Source of the DNA: Stegastes partitus
Lineage: Eukaryota
DNA: 35,452 nucleotides
Assembly: GCF_000690725.1 (NCBI RefSeq)
Contig: NW_007579125.1
Location: 84,004 to 119,455, forward strand
Direction: 5' to 3'
The translations under genes and the position numbers were made by a program. This document shows, piece by piece, positions 32,439 to 35,452 of the stretch (position 1 is the stretch's first letter; the number at the start of each line of letters is the position of its first letter). Under the pieces are notes generated by a model, which saw only the letters and a program-made list of their open reading frames with translations, had not been told where the DNA came from and did no database searches.

Positions 32439-33533
32439 GATTGCCTTTGCCTGGTGAAGGGGTTCTTGTGCAAGCAGGTATTCGTAGTGTTTATTTTAGG
32501 GCTTTTTGAATCGAGGCTGAAGCCCGACCGTGAGGCTGCTCGACACATGCTGTCTGGTTGTTGTTGCACAGGCCAGTGGAAACTCCAGCGGAAAGAACAA
32601 AAAAAAAAAAAAACGTGGTTGCTTTTGCCGTCTGCTGAGAGTCTGTTTTAACGTGTTTAACTCTCCGTGCCGGCGAGTTTGTTCAACCCCCAGCCTCAGT
32701 TTTGGTTTTCTTTTAACTTTTTTTTTTTTTCCTGGTCCCTGGTGTTCTGCTGTCTGAGGTGCTACGACTTGTCCCGCCACTAGAGGGCAGCCCTGTGCAT
32801 GTTTCTCATATTTTGTATTGGAGAATAGAAAAATAATGCCAAAAGTCTGTCTGCGCATTGTGTGGGAGATCGGGATGGGGGGCGGGGGGGGTTTAAATGC
32901 GTGAGAGAGTGCAGACGACAGAGGTGCATTGATCATTAGATGTTACATTTGTTGTGGTGATAAGTTATGATGTTGTATTCTTTGGCTGGGAGGGGTGGGG
33001 GTGGGGCGTTTGTGTTGGTGGAGGTCGGGTTGTCAAAAAAAAAAACAGATGAAACCAGACAATCTGAAACCCCCACGTGACTTTCATTTACTTTCTTACC
33101 CCCCTTCTAAGCTGTGTGGTGCAATACCTCAATTTTTACCAATGCTAGCTAAACGCTGTGTATGTAAACTCTCCAACCAAGGACGGTGTTTTTTGGGGGG
33201 GGTGGGGGTTTTGTACAAATGTCCCTAAATCCTCGGTTTTCAAATCGCAGGGCGCCGAGTCTGCCCTGTGATTAGAGGCCAACGTATTAGATGAGAATGG
33301 GGTTTTTTTTTTTTGGTTTTTTTTCAAAGAGTCACCACAACGGTATCTGCATCCCCGAGATATGGACAATCTGCCTTTACTCTGGTATAAAAACAAATTG
33401 AATTTTATTTATTAAATTGTAAATATGTAATGCAATTCAAGAAAATGGCTTGGTCCTTGTCTGTTCAATATACTGTTTCTAAGCTCCGATCTTTTGTATG
33501 TCTCAGAAATTGTTTTTATATGTATTTTTTACA

Positions 33534-33539
33534 AATAAA
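33534..33539 (+). other. Polyadenylation signal AATAAA followed by a GT-rich downstream element ('atgtgtgagagatgttttgtcg...tgttttgtgtgtg')
   Basis: The hexamer plus a GU-rich downstream element lies about 20-60 nt beyond it on the + strand. Confidence 0.45.
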
Positions 33540-35452
33540 TATGTGTGAGAGATGTTTTGTCGACGTCTGTTTTGTGTGTGATTTTTAAGTGTCGAGGCGT
33601 TTCTGTTTGAGCAGTTAAATGAAACTGAGCTACAGTAATAGGTTGGATATGTTACAATTAAATTTTAAAAAAACAACAACATTTGGAGTTTAATTCTAAA
33701 TAAGTTCTACAATTTTAAGTGACATGAGAGTATCAGGATTGCAAAAATATTTAAAACTTTTAAAAGATTTTAACGGCAAAACAATCGTCAATTATTAAGC
33801 CAAAATGTAAGGATTAGCTGCTTTAAGAAGAATAGAATAGAATGCTTTCATTGTCATCATACACAAAGTACAACAAAATTTGGTTTTTAAATCACTTTAA
33901 AATTAGTATTTTGGGGGTTTAAGAGTATTAGTCAGACATTTAAAAATGTCAAATTTGTGCTCCGGGAAACGGAAACAGACATTTTTTTAAAAAACCTTTA
34001 ATATTTTTAAATGCCAAAAAGTTAAACTGATTAGTTAAAAATGAATTAATAACACAATAATGCCAATTAAGTTACTAATTCCCAGAGTGACTTACAGTTT
34101 GATTTTCATTTCAGGTCCTGAATGCTAAAGTTTGAAAAAATTCCTCCCTCTAACACTATTAGTTGTAAATAAATAGTTTCAATTTCATGAATGTGCCTTT
34201 AACTTTCTAATCTAATGGGATGTCATTTATGTTTTTGATAACAGGGTTTGTTTGAAGTTGCAGAATTGATTCAGCAAGAACAGAATTCAATCTAAATGCA
34301 TTTTTGACTTTTTTGTTGTTTTGTGCTCAGAATTGATCATTTTGCTTCTGACTGTATTGCATGATCTTCCATTATCATTTCCTCTGTGCTCAACATCCTA
34401 AACTCTGAGTTTGAGCTTATAAGCCAGCATGGATAAGCTGTCAGAAACACAAGCTTTAAGCAGAAGTATTTAGGTGTTGCGTGACAGCCGGTTTTGCTCC
34501 AATAGGGGCAAGAACGGAATCCACAAAATATCAGCAACTCTGGGTGTCATCCAGTCAGAAAGTGAAACTGAAAAGATTCCTGCTTCTCCTGCAGGACGAC
34601 AATTCACAGCAGACACACACAAAAAAATCCACCACAAACTCGTTGAAGAAATAACAAAGTGTCCTGATCTGAAAATCTGTGGGCAGATCTTAAACATGCT
34701 GCGTGTGCAAGACAACCTAAAAATATCTCAGAGTTGCTGCAAAGACAGGGGCGGCTGAAAAATCCTGAAATCAAGAATGGAAAGAGTCTTAGCTGGATAC
34801 AAATAAGAAAACATTAGACATTATTAAGCCTGTGAAATAGAAAGTACCATTAATATCTGAAGAAAGGCTGCGTTGGGTTGTATTTACCGGTTAGTGACAG
34901 TAGGTATTAAAAAAAACACTGCAGTATTAGGACACACTTAACCCAATACCGTAACCAGACTGAACTCATTTACTTTCTGTTAGTACTGACAAACAAAACC
35001 TCAGATGTGGGCAGTGACTCAGTTTTCTGGAAACAGGCTGCACCTACAATCTCTTTAGCAACACAAAAAGTTCCTCAACTATGAGATCAGCTTCCCCAAA
35101 ACACAGATAATAATCTGATCAAAGCAGGCCCAGATTTCCACGAGTTTTGTCCTTCACTGGAAAACAGTAAAGAAAAAAGAACCTCACAGAGAAGTAAATG
35201 TGTGTAATTCATTGTACTCCAGTCTGACCGGAAGGATTTTGCTTCCTAGATGTCGCCCTGACAGTTTAACGACTGCTAATCTACTCTGACACAACAGTGG
35301 AGTTTCTGAGCGTCACATGTCAGACACAAATCCTTTTCAGCACTTCTAGCTTGCAGGAAGTGAAACACTGCGCCACAGGTTGATAGAATAGATAACTGCT
35401 GTGCATCTTCCTCCTCCTTACACAGGACTGAGTGGTTGTTCGTGGAGCGTAA

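Larger units (their letters stand above)
29010..33555 (+). other. znrf2: Putative long 3'UTR of the znrf gene, about 4.5 kb. It contains a SINE insertion, T-runs, a (GT)n, and G-rich tracts.
   Basis: No credible ORF is present. The only AATAAA with a GT-rich downstream element on the + strand is at 33534. Mammalian ZNRF2 mRNAs have 3'UTRs of several kb (established knowledge). Contiguity is not proven. Confidence 0.35.

Noticed and set aside
1-35452. Reading the window as a prokaryotic accessory or defence island because of the NACHT/STAND NTPase.
   Set aside because: The coding sequence is split into dozens of GT-AG exons, the introns carry SINEs, a mariner, a LINE and microsatellites, and the neighbouring gene is a myristoylated RING E3 ligase. 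This is a vertebrate, teleost-like chromosome segment, and the NTPase is eukaryotic TEP1.

Overview
This is vertebrate genomic DNA, most likely from a teleost fish. The evidence is GT-AG introns, tRNA-derived SINEs, Tc1/mariner and LINE remnants, microsatellites, and an AT-rich intron landscape with GC-rich exons. It is not a prokaryotic island. Two protein-coding genes lie head-to-head. (1) An orthologue of tep1 (telomerase-associated / vault protein 1) is on the minus strand. Its first coding exon carries the ATG near 23005, and 34 coding exons run down to about 759 and continue past the left edge of the window. Together they encode, in order, TEP1 N-terminal low-complexity repeats with a polyQ run, an acidic stretch, the TROVE module, a vWA-like region, DUF4062, and a NACHT NTPase (Walker A 'GGPGEGKT', Walker B 'LVLLIDGVDLV'), followed by helical linker and the first WD40 blade. 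(2) A ZNRF1/ZNRF2-family E3 ligase gene (ZNRF2-like) is on the plus strand at 24710-29009 in four coding exons: an N-myristoylation start 'MGTRAS', a C2HC zinc finger, and a RING-H2 ending '...CPEHPFD*'. A long putative 3'UTR probably runs to an AATAAA at 33534. The two genes share a roughly 1.7 kb CpG-rich intergenic segment that likely acts as a bidirectional promoter. The tep1 introns carry a degraded mariner, a LINE endonuclease fragment, three tRNA-derived SINE copies, a MITE-like inverted-repeat element, a local repeat family, and (CTAT)n and (CA)n microsatellites. All exon coordinates come from hand translation and splice-site inspection and may be off by a few bases.
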